Shown here: one piece after another, positions 53,751 to 63,930 of the stretch
Layout of the letters: the number at the start of each line of letters is the position of its first letter
How positions within the stretch are numbered: position 1 is the first letter of the stretch
From: Minisyncoccia bacterium
Lineage (GTDB): Bacteria; Patescibacteriota; Minisyncoccia; Phycocordibacterales; UBA9973
Assembly (NCBI GenBank): GCA_049287305.1
Contig: JBAQFO010000014.1
Span: 453 to 64,452 of the forward strand
Direction of reading: 5' to 3'
Length of the DNA stretch: 64,000 nt
Position numbers and translations under genes: made by a program
The notes under the pieces: model-generated
The model's database searches: none
Told to the model about the DNA's origin: nothing
The model's input: only the letters and a program-made list of their open reading frames with translations

Positions 53751-55512
53751 AGAAACACAAAATTTCTCTTGGTTAGATGTTCCAAAAAGTGTTTGGTATT
53801 TTCTGGACGATAGGAAAAAATTTCTGATTTCTTTTACTATTTTAATATTCGGTTTTCTTTATGAGCTTTTACCGGTATATGTAGTAGGGAAAATAGTGGA
53901 TTTTTTTACCACATATCAAAAAGGGGACTCATTGATGCGTTTTTATTTTTATATTTTATTTATTGGAGTTTCTTGGACTATAGTGTATTTGACTCGCATA
54001 CAAGTCAGGACGAATATAAACGTCATTGGACAACATGCCCGCATGAATGCTCGGGTTTGGGGGTTCCAAAGGTTAACCGAATTTTCTATTGGTTGGCATC
54101 AAAAAGAAAATACTGGAAACAAACTTCAAAGAATTTTTACAGGGTCAGACGCGATAAATGGCTGGATGAGAATCCTTAGAGCGGACCTTATAAAAATATT
54201 TGCTAACATACTGGGGGCCATGGTGTTTTTTATCTTTACTGACCTTAAATTTGCCGTAGTTGTTTTTCTGTATGCAACAATTTTTCTGTATACTGAATTC
54301 TATTTTGGAAATAAACTTTTGTTACTAAGCGATGAGTTTAATAAATTTAACCAAAAAGCTGGAGGCACCTATGTGGAATCTGCTAATAATATGTTAGCTA
54401 TAAAGGCGTTAGGAAATGAAAAGAATGCTGTGGAACGAGTGCTTGAAAAAGAAACTTATTCCAGGGATATTGCTATTCAAAAAGCTTATGTTCAAACTTC
54501 CAAATGGCGAATCTTGCATATTCTCGGGGGAATTACTTGGGTAATATTTTTGTATTTTGTCGGAAATTCTGTCATTTCCAATACAATGTCAATTGGAATG
54601 ATTGTGGTATTTTTCACTTATTTTTCTAAAGTAGGAGAAAATTTAGGGGCGACATCTTCTGCACACATGGATTTAATTGACCTCAAGTCGGACTTGGGGC
54701 AGATGATGCCGATATTTAACCAAACCGAGTTTGTGAAAACAGGAAAAGAGACTTTTCCAAAAAACTGGGATAAGATAGAGATAAAAAACGGAGTTATGGA
54801 TTACGGGTCCGGACAAAGCGGCTTAAATGATTTTAGTTTAACTTTGAGTAAAAATACGAAAACAGGAGTAGCAGGGCTGTCTGGTTCTGGCAAGTCCACT
54901 TTGGCAAAAATCATTTTAGGGTTATATGCTTTAAGGAAAGGAGAATTTAAGATAGGTAACAAGGACTATTATTCTATTTCTCACAATGAAACCCTAAGTA
55001 ATATAAGCGTGGTGCTTCAAGAAACTGAGCTGTTCAATCTTTCTTTGCGCGACAATATTACAATGATGCGAGAAGAAGACAGCAATCTTTTAGATATCGC
55101 GGTAAATATTTCTGAGTTAAAAGAAGTAATAGCTAAATTGCCTCAAGGCCTTGATTCCATGATAGGAGAGAAGGGTTATATGCTCTCCGGCGGAGAGCGC
55201 CAGCGCCTTGGCATCGCTCGGGCTATCTACAAGAGTGCGCCAATTATAATTCTGGACGAAGCTACTTCATCACTCGACTCGGAGACTGAAGGAAAAATAA
55301 TGGAAAAGCTTTTAGGAGAATATGGCAAAGATAAAACTTTCCTGATTATTGCCCATCGTTTGGGAACTCTGAAATATACCGATAATATTGTCGTAATGGG
55401 GCAAGGAAAAGTTTTGGAAGAGGGAAGTTATAATGCGCTTATGGACAACTTTGATTCTGTTTTTTATAGGATGAATAAAGAACAAAAAAATTCCAATGAA
55501 GGAGGAAACTAG
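53719..55512 (+). CDS. ABC exporter (fused TMD-NBD, type I exporter fold).
   Basis: Six N-terminal TM segments. Walker A GLSGSGKST, signature LSGGERQRLGIARA, Walker B IIILDEATSSLD. 597 aa. No C39 peptidase domain. Confidence 0.9.
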   Translation: MCMNTKKQINKETQNFSWLDVPKSVWYFLDDRKKFLISFTILIFGFLYELLPVYVVGKIVDFFTTYQKGDSLMRFYFYILFIGVSWTIVYLTRIQVRTNINVIGQHARMNARVWGFQRLTEFSIGWHQKENTGNKLQRIFTGSDAINGWMRILRADLIKIFANILGAMVFFIFTDLKFAVVVFLYATIFLYTEFYFGNKLLLLSDEFNKFNQKAGGTYVESANNMLAIKALGNEKNAVERVLEKETYSRDIAIQKAYVQTSKWRILHILGGITWVIFLYFVGNSVISNTMSIGMIVVFFTYFSKVGENLGATSSAHMDLIDLKSDLGQMMPIFNQTEFVKTGKETFPKNWDKIEIKNGVMDYGSGQSGLNDFSLTLSKNTKTGVAGLSGSGKSTLAKIILGLYALRKGEFKIGNKDYYSISHNETLSNISVVLQETELFNLSLRDNITMMREEDSNLLDIAVNISELKEVIAKLPQGLDSMIGEKGYMLSGGERQRLGIARAIYKSAPIIILDEATSSLDSETEGKIMEKLLGEYGKDKTFLIIAHRLGTLKYTDNIVVMGQGKVLEEGSYNALMDNFDSVFYRMNKEQKNSNEGGN

Positions 55513-57193
55513 ACAATGCAAAAATTGTAAAAAAGATTTCACAATAGAAAGTGATGATTTTAATTTTTACGAAAAAGTAAAGGTTCCACCCCCTACCTGG
55601 TGTCCGGAGTGCCGCCAGCTCAGGCGTTATGCCTGGCGCAACGAACGCAATTTATACAGGCGAGATTGCGACCTTTGCGGTAAAAGCACGGTAACTATTT
55701 ATTCTCCCAACAAGCCGCACAAGATGTATTGCCAGCCGTGCTGGTGGGGAGATGGCTGGGACCCCGCCTCATTTGGCCGGGATTTTGACTTTAATAGGCC
55801 ATTTTTTGAGCAATTTTCGGAGCTACAGCTGGAAGTGCCTAGGATGGCGCTTCTCAGTAAAAACAGCGTTAATTCCGAGTATACGAACCATTCCGGAGAT
55901 AATAAAAATGTCTACCTTTCGTTTGCTTGCTGGGGAGCTGAAAATATCCTTTACAGCACCTGGGTTATGAAATCTCGAGACTGCATGGACTGTAGCTTTG
56001 TTTACGAAAAAGGGGAACGACTATATGAATGTTTGGACACTAGGACTTCTTACGAATGCCAGTTCGGAACTTTCTTGAAAGACTGCTCTTCTTGTTTTTA
56101 TTGTTATGACTGCAGAGGATGTAATCACTGCTTCATGTCTTCTAATTTAAGAAACAAGAGCTATGTTTTTAAGAATGAGCAATATACCCGCGAAGAATAC
56201 CTGGAAAAGATAAAAGAATACGAATTGTCTTCCGCTATCATCCGAGAAGGATTATTGAAAGAATTTCAGGAATTGGTTCAGCATAACTCCGTTCATAGGT
56301 ATATCATCAGCGAAAGAAACGTGAACTCTGTCGGCTCCCTGATATTTGACTGCAAGAATGTAAAAGAATCTTTTGAGGTAAATAATGCCGAAGACTGCAA
56401 ATATATTTATGGAGCTTTGGATATTAAAGATTCCATGGATGTTTACCATGCCGGCTGGCCGACTACCGCCCTTAATTATGAATGCCATGGATGCACGCGA
56501 ATATATGATTGTAAATTTTGCCACCTCTGTTATGACAACAACAGCGTCTCGTATTCCGATAGCTGTCAAAACAGCCAGAACCTTTTTGGATGTGTCAGCA
56601 TTAAAAAAGGGGAGTTCATGATTTTTAACAAAAAATATTTGAAAGCAGACTATCTGGTGCTTAAGGAAAAAATAATTGAATACATGAAGAAAACCGCGGA
56701 ATATGGCGAGTTTTTTCCGCCGGAAATGGCTCCGATTTATTTCAACGAAACCCAGGGAAATTTGTATGCGCCAATGTCCAAAGAGGAAGTTCTGGCAAAA
56801 GGATGGCACTGGGAAGAAAATATTCCCGGAACTTTTGGAAAAGAAACGGTAAAAATTTCCGCCCTGCCTGATAAAATTGAAGATGTTTCGGATGCATATC
56901 TCAATGAAATCTTCGCCTGCTCGGCGTGTTCAAAAAATTACAACTTAACTTTAAACGAGTTTTTGTTTTACAAGAAGGAGAAAATACCCTTCCCGAGAAA
57001 GTGTCCCAATTGCCGATACAAAAGAAGATTTGATTTGAGGCCCCTCCGCAAGCTGTGGCATCGCTCCTGTATGTGTGATAGCAAGGACCATGGTCACGGA
57101 GAAGTTTGTTCAAACGAATTTAAAACTCCGTATGCGCCAAACCGAATAGAGAAGATATATTGTGAAAGCTGTTACAATAAAGAAGTATATTAA
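55496..57193 (+). CDS. Cys-rich multi-zinc-ribbon protein of an unrecognised family (paralog 1).
   Basis: 565 aa with about 38 Cys. N-terminal double ribbon CKNCKK...FYEK..VPPPTWCPECR...CDLCGK...YCQPCWWGDGWDP. Central CSSCFYCYDCRGCNHC cluster. A homologous C-terminal double ribbon CSACSKNY...FYKK..IPFPRKCPNCR...CMCD...YCESCYNKEVY. It overlaps the ABC gene end by 17 nt and has no SD, so it is translationally coupled. Confidence 0.6.
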   Translation: MKEETRQCKNCKKDFTIESDDFNFYEKVKVPPPTWCPECRQLRRYAWRNERNLYRRDCDLCGKSTVTIYSPNKPHKMYCQPCWWGDGWDPASFGRDFDFNRPFFEQFSELQLEVPRMALLSKNSVNSEYTNHSGDNKNVYLSFACWGAENILYSTWVMKSRDCMDCSFVYEKGERLYECLDTRTSYECQFGTFLKDCSSCFYCYDCRGCNHCFMSSNLRNKSYVFKNEQYTREEYLEKIKEYELSSAIIREGLLKEFQELVQHNSVHRYIISERNVNSVGSLIFDCKNVKESFEVNNAEDCKYIYGALDIKDSMDVYHAGWPTTALNYECHGCTRIYDCKFCHLCYDNNSVSYSDSCQNSQNLFGCVSIKKGEFMIFNKKYLKADYLVLKEKIIEYMKKTAEYGEFFPPEMAPIYFNETQGNLYAPMSKEEVLAKGWHWEENIPGTFGKETVKISALPDKIEDVSDAYLNEIFACSACSKNYNLTLNEFLFYKKEKIPFPRKCPNCRYKRRFDLRPLRKLWHRSCMCDSKDHGHGEVCSNEFKTPYAPNRIEKIYCESCYNKEVY

Positions 57194-57195
57194 CG

Positions 57196-58884
57196 ATGGA
57201 AACAAGAAATTGCCAAAACTGCAAAAAAGATTTCACCATAAAGAGTGAAGATTTTAATTTTTATGAAAAAATAAAAGTCCCGCCGCCGACTTGGTGTCCG
57301 GAATGCAGACTGCAGCGTAGGTATGCGTGGCGCAACGAACGCACCTTATATAGGCGAAATTGTGATTTGTGCGGAAAAAGCATGGTTACTTTCTATTCTC
57401 CCAATAAGCCGCATAAAGTATATTGCATACAATGTTGGTGGGGGGACGGCTGGGACCCTTCTTCTTTTGGCAGAGATTTTGATTTTTCCCGACCATTTTT
57501 TGAGCAGTTTAGAGAACTTCAGCTGAATGTTCCCAGAATTGCTGTTTTTAACAAAAATAATATTAATTCCGATTATACAAACCACTCAGGAGACAACAAA
57601 AATACCTACCTTTCTTCCTGTTGTTTTTACGACGAGGATGTTTTGTACTCGAATTGGATTATGAAATCACGGAATTGTGTTGATAATACCTATATTTCCG
57701 ATAGTGGCGAAAAGTTGTATCAATGTGTTGACTCGCGGAAGTCCTATCAATGTCAATATGGAGTTTTGCTGGAAAATTGCATGAATTGCTTTTATTGTTA
57801 TGATTGCCATAACTGCAGTGACTGTTTTTTGTCTTCAAATTTACGAAATAAAAGATATGTTTTTAAAAATCAGCAATATACTCGTGAACAGTATTTAGAA
57901 AAGGTAAAAGAATATAATCTAAGTTCATATCAAACCCGCGAAAAGTTAAATCAAGAATTCTTTGACCTGCGAATGAATGATTCTATCCACCGATATGTTA
58001 TAAGTGAACGCAATACAAACTGCACCGGTAGTATGATCCTTAGTAGTAAAAACGCAATAAATTGTTTTGACGTCGATTCTATTGAAGATTCGAAATATGT
58101 TTTTTCCGCCACAGGGTTAAAATCATCAATGGACCTATATCACATAGGCTGGAATTCGGAACTCGCATATGAGCTGCACGGAGGACAAGGCTATTATAAT
58201 TGTAAGTTTTGCCACCATGGCTGGGATAATACAAATATTACCTACTGCGATTCATGTCAAAATTGTCAGGAAATTTTTGGTTGCATCTCAGTAAAAAAAG
58301 GGGAGTATATGATTTTTAATAAAAAATATAGTAAAGAAGATTACTTTTCTTTAAAAGAAAAAATAATTGAACATATGAAAAAGACAGGAGAGTATGGTGA
58401 ATATTTTCCACCTTCTATCTCCCCAATTTGTTACAACGAAAGTATGGGGAATTACTATATGCCCGAAACCAAGGAAAGTATCGCTGATCGCGGCTGGCAG
58501 TGGGAGGAAAAAATTCCAGGAATATTTGGGAAAGAAACAATACAGCTTGAAGACGTCCCCGACTCAATTAAAGAAGTAGGAGATGATATTCTTGCGGCAG
58601 TATTTAGGTGTGTTAGCTGTAGTAAAAATTATAACATTGTTCCAAACGAACTTACTTTTTATAGAAAAGAAGAAATCCCTACACCGCGTAAATGTCCCGA
58701 ATGTAGATACAAAGATCGTTTTATTATTCGTTTGCCTCGCAGGGTTTGGCACAGAGACTGTATGTGTGAGAAGACACAACACGGTCATGAAAATAAATGT
58801 CCAAATGAATTTGAAACATCATATTCTTCTGATAGAAAGGAAAAGATTTATTGCGAAAGTTGTTACAATAAAGAAGTCTACTAA
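57196..58884 (+). CDS. Cys-rich multi-zinc-ribbon protein (paralog 2, about 55-60% aa identity to paralog 1).
   Basis: 562 aa. Same motif order, ending ...YCESCYNKEVY. Its ATG lies 3 nt after paralog 1's stop. Nucleotide identity to paralog 1 is about 75-80% over the N-terminus. Confidence 0.6.
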   Translation: METRNCQNCKKDFTIKSEDFNFYEKIKVPPPTWCPECRLQRRYAWRNERTLYRRNCDLCGKSMVTFYSPNKPHKVYCIQCWWGDGWDPSSFGRDFDFSRPFFEQFRELQLNVPRIAVFNKNNINSDYTNHSGDNKNTYLSSCCFYDEDVLYSNWIMKSRNCVDNTYISDSGEKLYQCVDSRKSYQCQYGVLLENCMNCFYCYDCHNCSDCFLSSNLRNKRYVFKNQQYTREQYLEKVKEYNLSSYQTREKLNQEFFDLRMNDSIHRYVISERNTNCTGSMILSSKNAINCFDVDSIEDSKYVFSATGLKSSMDLYHIGWNSELAYELHGGQGYYNCKFCHHGWDNTNITYCDSCQNCQEIFGCISVKKGEYMIFNKKYSKEDYFSLKEKIIEHMKKTGEYGEYFPPSISPICYNESMGNYYMPETKESIADRGWQWEEKIPGIFGKETIQLEDVPDSIKEVGDDILAAVFRCVSCSKNYNIVPNELTFYRKEEIPTPRKCPECRYKDRFIIRLPRRVWHRDCMCEKTQHGHENKCPNEFETSYSSDRKEKIYCESCYNKEVY

Positions 58885-58885
58885 A

Positions 58886-58930
58886 AACTATTCTGGTATT
58901 CTCAAGAATACCAGAATAGTTCTATTTTCC
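58886..58930. terminator. Bidirectional terminator: perfect 14-bp palindrome CTATTCTGGTATTC-TCAA-GAATACCAGAATAG.
   Basis: Seen in sequence between convergent genes. Confidence 0.75.
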
Positions 58931-59455
58931 GAAAGTTTCAAATAAAACTTTTTTACTTTCTTCGTCTATGTTTTCGGTGACGATTATCATCATCTCAGTC
59001 GTCAGGCTCAAGTCTTTTTTAATATTCTTAAAAAGATGTTCATAAGGAAAAGGGGATATCCAGGCGGAATTTTTTAAGCACACAAATCCCGCTTTTTTCA
59101 GAAGATAACGTAAAGATTCCCGTTCTTTTTTTCTGCTCTCGGGCAAATCAAGTAAAATTATTCTCCAAAGCCCGTCCCAGGAAGTATTGACCAAGGTGGT
59201 GCCGCTTTCCAGCTCCAAGGTATGCACCTTTTTTTTACCGAGATTTGTTAAGCGGGCATATTCATTCTGGGGGGAGGAAACTTGCTCCACTAAACCGGCT
59301 TCTTTTAGCCCTTTTAGAGAACGAGTAATAGCGTATTTATAACCAGGAGGGCAATCCCCATTTACTATTTTTGTCGTAATTTCAGGGACTGAGGTGGCTG
59401 TTTTTCCGCTTAAAATCTTCAATATTTTATTAGAATAGTCCGTTTTTCTTGACAT
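58922..59455 (-). CDS. Winged-helix regulator-like protein with a PaaX-like C-terminal region.
   Basis: N-terminal wHTH-like region (ITRSLKGLKEAGLVEQV). WDGLWRIILLDLPE...R..LRYLLKKAGFVCLKNSAWISPFP resembles the PaaX-family core. 177 aa. Confidence 0.35.
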   Translation of the reverse strand: MSRKTDYSNKILKILSGKTATSVPEITTKIVNGDCPPGYKYAITRSLKGLKEAGLVEQVSSPQNEYARLTNLGKKKVHTLELESGTTLVNTSWDGLWRIILLDLPESRKKERESLRYLLKKAGFVCLKNSAWISPFPYEHLFKNIKKDLSLTTEMMIIVTENIDEESKKVLFETFGK

Positions 59456-59603
59456 GTCTATATATTATAATATATATTGTCTTTTGACAAGCATTTCGTG
59501 ACCACGAAAAACTTGCAAAATAAAATAGGCTCGTATATAATGGTTTTATCAATTAATTATTAACCCCGATTATCGGTTCGGGATTTAAATTCAATAAAAC
59601 AAC

Positions 59604-61520
59604 ATGAGTAAAATAATAGGTATAGACTTAGGGACAACAAATTCAGCGGTAGCTATCATTGAAGGTGGCGTGCCAAAGATAATTGAGAACGCGGAGGGTA
59701 ATCGCACCACGCCTTCGGTTGTTTCTGTTGCTAAAAATGGAGACAGACTTGTAGGACTTTTAGCCAAAAGACAGGCGGTTACTAATCCCGAAAATACAAT
59801 TTACGGAATCAAGCGCTTCATGGGGCATAATTTTGAAGACCCGGAAGTTCAGAAAGATTTAAAGAACGCTTCTTTTAAAATCCAGAAATCCGCAAATGGC
59901 GGAGTAGAAGTAATGATTGGAGACAAGTGGATGCGACCCGAAGAAATTTCAGCGATGATTCTTTCCAAAATAAAGACGGACGTGGAAGCAAAGCTCGGAG
60001 AGAAGATTACCGAAGCGGTTATTACCGTGCCTGCTTACTTTAACGATGCCCAGAGAAAGGCTACCAAAGATGCCGGAATGATTGCCGGACTGGACGTAAA
60101 GCGCATAATTAACGAACCTACCGCTGCCGCTCTTGCCTATGGTTTCAATAAAAAGAAAAATGAAAAAATCGTGGTGTATGACTTTGGGGGAGGAACATTT
60201 GACGTATCGGTCCTTGAGATTGGGGACGATGTTATAGAGGTGAAGTCCACGGATGGCGATAGCCACTTGGGAGGACGAGACATTGACCATAAAATAATCG
60301 GATGGATTGCCGAAGAGTTTAAAAAGAATTCCGGAGTTGATGTGCGTAGCGATAAATTGGCGTTACAGCGCCTGGACGAAGCAGCCGAAAAAGCAAAAAT
60401 AGAGCTTTCTACCGCGATTGAAACTGAAATCAACATACCATTTATCACTTCTACCGCGGAAGGCCCTCAACATTTGCTTCTAAAAATGACTCGTGCCCAG
60501 CTTGAGTCAATTGCTGACGAATATATAGCCCGCTCCATAGAGATTACCAAGAGAGCTATGACAGCCTCCGGGTTCAAAATGGAAGATATGCACGAAATAG
60601 TAATGGTTGGAGGACAGACCAGAATGCCAAAGATTGTAGAAGAGGTTAAAAAAGTTTTTGGTAAAACCCCAAACCTTACAATCAACCCTGACGAAGTTGT
60701 GGCGTTGGGGGCGGCGGTTCAGGCCGGAGTGCTTCAGGGGGACGTCCGAGATGTGTTGCTTCTCGATGTTATTCCTCTTTCTCTTGGTATTGAAACTTTG
60801 GGAGGTGTGGCTACCAAATTGATTGAAAGAAACACTACGATTCCTTCAAATAAGTCTCAGGTATTTTCTACGGCAGCCGACAACCAAACTTCTGTGGAAA
60901 TACATATAGTCCAAGGAGAGCGTCCAATGGCTTCCGACAACAAATCTTTGGGTAGGTTTATCTTGGACGGAGTTCCGCCTGCGCCTAGGGGAATGCCTCA
61001 AATAGAAGTTGCTTTTGACGTGGATGCGAATGGAATACTGAACGTTACGGCAAAAGATAAAGCTTCAGGGAAAACTCAATCTATAAAAATTGAAGCAAGT
61101 TCAGGACTTAAAGAAGAAGATATAAAGAAGATGCAGGCTGACGCCGAGCTCCACGCGGAGGAGGACAAGAAGAAAAAAGAAGTGGTGGATATAAAGAATA
61201 CAGCCGAAATGATAATCTATACGGCCGAAAAAGCGCTGAAAGACAACGAGGCGAAAATCCCTGTGGAACTAAAGGATGAAGTAAATAAAAAAATTGCCGC
61301 TGTTCGAGAAGTTAAGGATGGCACCGACGGTGAGGCAATAAAGAAGACTACGGAAGAACTTTCCGCTGAAATGTCAAAGATTGGAGAAGCGGTAGCGAAA
61401 GCAGGAGGTGATGCCGGAACCAATCCGGGCACCACGGCTCCCGAAGAACAGCCGGCTGAAGTAAAGGATGCGGAGTTTAAAGAGAAAAAAGAAGAGGAAG
61501 ACAGTGAGCCAAAAGAGTAA
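59604..61520 (+). CDS. dnaK: Molecular chaperone DnaK (Hsp70).
   Basis: [23 protein letters not shown] and the EEVD-less acidic C-terminus. 638 aa. Confidence 0.97.
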   Translation: MSKIIGIDLGTTNSAVAIIEGGVPKIIENAEGNRTTPSVVSVAKNGDRLVGLLAKRQAVTNPENTIYGIKRFMGHNFEDPEVQKDLKNASFKIQKSANGGVEVMIGDKWMRPEEISAMILSKIKTDVEAKLGEKITEAVITVPAYFNDAQRKATKDAGMIAGLDVKRIINEPTAAALAYGFNKKKNEKIVVYDFGGGTFDVSVLEIGDDVIEVKSTDGDSHLGGRDIDHKIIGWIAEEFKKNSGVDVRSDKLALQRLDEAAEKAKIELSTAIETEINIPFITSTAEGPQHLLLKMTRAQLESIADEYIARSIEITKRAMTASGFKMEDMHEIVMVGGQTRMPKIVEEVKKVFGKTPNLTINPDEVVALGAAVQAGVLQGDVRDVLLLDVIPLSLGIETLGGVATKLIERNTTIPSNKSQVFSTAADNQTSVEIHIVQGERPMASDNKSLGRFILDGVPPAPRGMPQIEVAFDVDANGILNVTAKDKASGKTQSIKIEASSGLKEEDIKKMQADAELHAEEDKKKKEVVDIKNTAEMIIYTAEKALKDNEAKIPVELKDEVNKKIAAVREVKDGTDGEAIKKTTEELSAEMSKIGEAVAKAGGDAGTNPGTTAPEEQPAEVKDAEFKEKKEEEDSEPKE

Positions 61521-61536
61521 TTAAATTAACCCAACT

Positions 61537-61561
61537 AAAAAGCCCCTTAAGGGGCTTTTTA
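61537..61561 (+). terminator. Rho-independent terminator (AAAAAGCCCCTTAAGGGGCTTTTT).
   Basis: Seen in sequence after dnaK. Confidence 0.8.
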
Positions 61562-61590
61562 GTTTCACCTATATTTGATATACTTTATGA

Positions 61591-63906
61591 ATGGAACTTC
61601 CGGAGATACCCGTAAATAAGGATATTACTTATTTGGGACTTACGACGTATCGGGACAAAAACCAACTTTTCGGCATAAAGCGCAAAGACAGGCGTCAGCA
61701 TGTTTATATTCTCGGTAAATCTGGAACGGGTAAATCCGTGCTGATGTTCAACATGATTATCCAGAACATCCAGAATGGCGAAGGAGTCTGTTTGGTTGAC
61801 CCGCACGGAGAAAACGTAGAAGCAATACTATCAGCTATACCAAGGCATCGCCTGAAAGATGTGATTTATTTTAATCCCGCAGATGCGGATTACCACATAG
61901 GCTTTAATGTCCTAGAGCTAATAGACCCACAATACAAGCATTTGGTGGCTTCAGGGCTTATGGGTATATTCACCAAAATTTGGGCGAACGCATGGAGCGC
62001 CCGAATGGAATATATTTTAAATAATACAATTTTAGCTCTACTCGACACGCCGGGAACGACCCTGCTTGGAATTCCAAGAATGCTCGTAGACAAAGATTAT
62101 CGACAAAAGATAATTTCTAATTTGAAAGACCCTGTTATTAAGGCTTTTTGGGTTCACGAATACGAAGCTTGGCAGGATAAGTTTAGAAACGAGGCAATCG
62201 CTCCGATTCAAAACAAAGTGGGGCAGTTTCTTTCAACGTCCATCATAAGAAATGTTGTGGGACAGGCGAAAAGCACTATCAATATTTTCGACATGATGAA
62301 CGAAGGAAAAATTTTCCTAGTAAACGTTTCCAAGGGACGCATCGGAGAAGACAACTCATCTCTTCTCGGAGGAATGATAATTACGAAGATTCAGCTGGCT
62401 GCCATGGAGCGCGTGCGTATTCCCGAAGAGCATCGTCGAGACTTCTATCTGTATGTGGACGAGTTCCAGAACTTCGTTACGGATGCTTTCGCGGGAATAC
62501 TTTCGGAAGCTAGAAAATACCGACTAAACTTAACTGTGGCCCACCAATACACGGCTCAGCTTGTTTCGGATAAAAGCACGGCTGTCCGTGACGCGGTGTT
62601 CGGCAACGTCGGAACTATAATTGTTTTTCGAGTGGGAGCCGACGATGCTGATTTTTTAGAAAAAGAATTTGAGCCGGAATTTACTCCTCAAGATATAGTC
62701 AACCTGCCAAACTACAAGGTTTACATGAAGTTGATGATAGACGGAGTTACCTCGCGCGGTTTTTCCGCTAAAACTCTTCCTCAGATGGTCAAAGGAGGGG
62801 ATAGGGAAATAGAGGAAGAAGTAATTAAATCCTCCCGTGAGCTTTATTGCAGGTCCAAAGAAGAAGTGGAGAGGGAAATAAATAATTGGAGCGGAATGTC
62901 CTTGGGGGAAAACGATTCTGGTGGAGGAAGCCAAGGGATGAGCATGGGAAGCTCAGGAGGGAGTAGTGGATATGGTGGCAGTGGCAACAGCGGAAGCGGA
63001 GGAAGCTTGGAAAAATTTGTAATAAATTGTTCTCTCTGTAAGCAGGAGAAAACCGTTCCTTTCAAACCTGAACCAGGACGGCCGGTCTACTGCAAAGAGT
63101 GTATTGCTAAAATAAAATCCGGGGAAGTAAAAGTAGAGAAGGGCTCTGAAAATCAAATAAAATACGATGACTCTAAATTTTTCAAACCACTAGCAGACCT
63201 GGGTATAGAATTTTATCCAAAAGAAGGCAAGGTCAAAGAGCAAGACCGGCACCCTGAAAGAGTAGATCCTCCACATACTTTAACAGGCAAGCCTGCTGTA
63301 GCTAGACCAGTTGACACTACGCCTCCTCCACCAAAACATAGAATCGTGGATGCGGTCAAAAAAGTATTTTCTCCCAATCCGCAAATGCCTGGCAAAGATA
63401 AAATAAAATCGCCCTATCCTCCTCAACCGCCGACACAAACTTCCATCCCGAGAAGCGAAAATCGAGCCCTAAAAGAAGTTTTAAATAAGGTCTTAGAAGA
63501 GACTCCTTCTCCGCAAGCTCCTGCTCCTGTAGCAGCACCCATGCCTACCCCGGAGCCAATTTCTCTGGATTCTTTAAAGGATAAAATAAAAGCTACGTCT
63601 ATGAGTGGGCAAACTAGGGAAGTAAAAAATGACCGAGCGGCAACGCAGGAAGAAATGGATAAGCTAAAAAATTTGATTACCGCAACCTCTACGGCTCCCA
63701 AGGAAACCGTGCCTACGCAAGAAGTTCCTCCTGCTCCGACTCCTCAACCCATCATAGCCCAAGCGTCTGTAGCTGAAACACCTGTTCCTCAAGCACCTGC
63801 ATCATCATCTGCTCCGATACCACAAAAACCTGCAAAAGCTTCGCCCGTGGATGGGCTACAGCCGAGGGAGGTGCCGGAGGACGTGCTTAGGAAAATTTTA
63901 GAGTAA
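61591..63906 (+). CDS. VirD4/TraG/TraD-like type IV coupling-protein ATPase, with a long Gly/Ser then Pro/Ala/Gln-rich low-complexity tail and an embedded C-terminal zinc ribbon.
   Basis: Walker A ILGKSGTGKS, Walker B FYLYVDEFQNF, and a TraG-D_C-like VVFRVGADDADFLEKEF. Ribbon CSLCKQEKTVPFKPEPGRPVYCKECIAKIK. 771 aa. Confidence 0.65.
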   Translation: MELPEIPVNKDITYLGLTTYRDKNQLFGIKRKDRRQHVYILGKSGTGKSVLMFNMIIQNIQNGEGVCLVDPHGENVEAILSAIPRHRLKDVIYFNPADADYHIGFNVLELIDPQYKHLVASGLMGIFTKIWANAWSARMEYILNNTILALLDTPGTTLLGIPRMLVDKDYRQKIISNLKDPVIKAFWVHEYEAWQDKFRNEAIAPIQNKVGQFLSTSIIRNVVGQAKSTINIFDMMNEGKIFLVNVSKGRIGEDNSSLLGGMIITKIQLAAMERVRIPEEHRRDFYLYVDEFQNFVTDAFAGILSEARKYRLNLTVAHQYTAQLVSDKSTAVRDAVFGNVGTIIVFRVGADDADFLEKEFEPEFTPQDIVNLPNYKVYMKLMIDGVTSRGFSAKTLPQMVKGGDREIEEEVIKSSRELYCRSKEEVEREINNWSGMSLGENDSGGGSQGMSMGSSGGSSGYGGSGNSGSGGSLEKFVINCSLCKQEKTVPFKPEPGRPVYCKECIAKIKSGEVKVEKGSENQIKYDDSKFFKPLADLGIEFYPKEGKVKEQDRHPERVDPPHTLTGKPAVARPVDTTPPPPKHRIVDAVKKVFSPNPQMPGKDKIKSPYPPQPPTQTSIPRSENRALKEVLNKVLEETPSPQAPAPVAAPMPTPEPISLDSLKDKIKATSMSGQTREVKNDRAATQEEMDKLKNLITATSTAPKETVPTQEVPPAPTPQPIIAQASVAETPVPQAPASSSAPIPQKPAKASPVDGLQPREVPEDVLRKILE

Positions 63907-63930
63907 TATTAGTTACTTTACTTAACCAAA

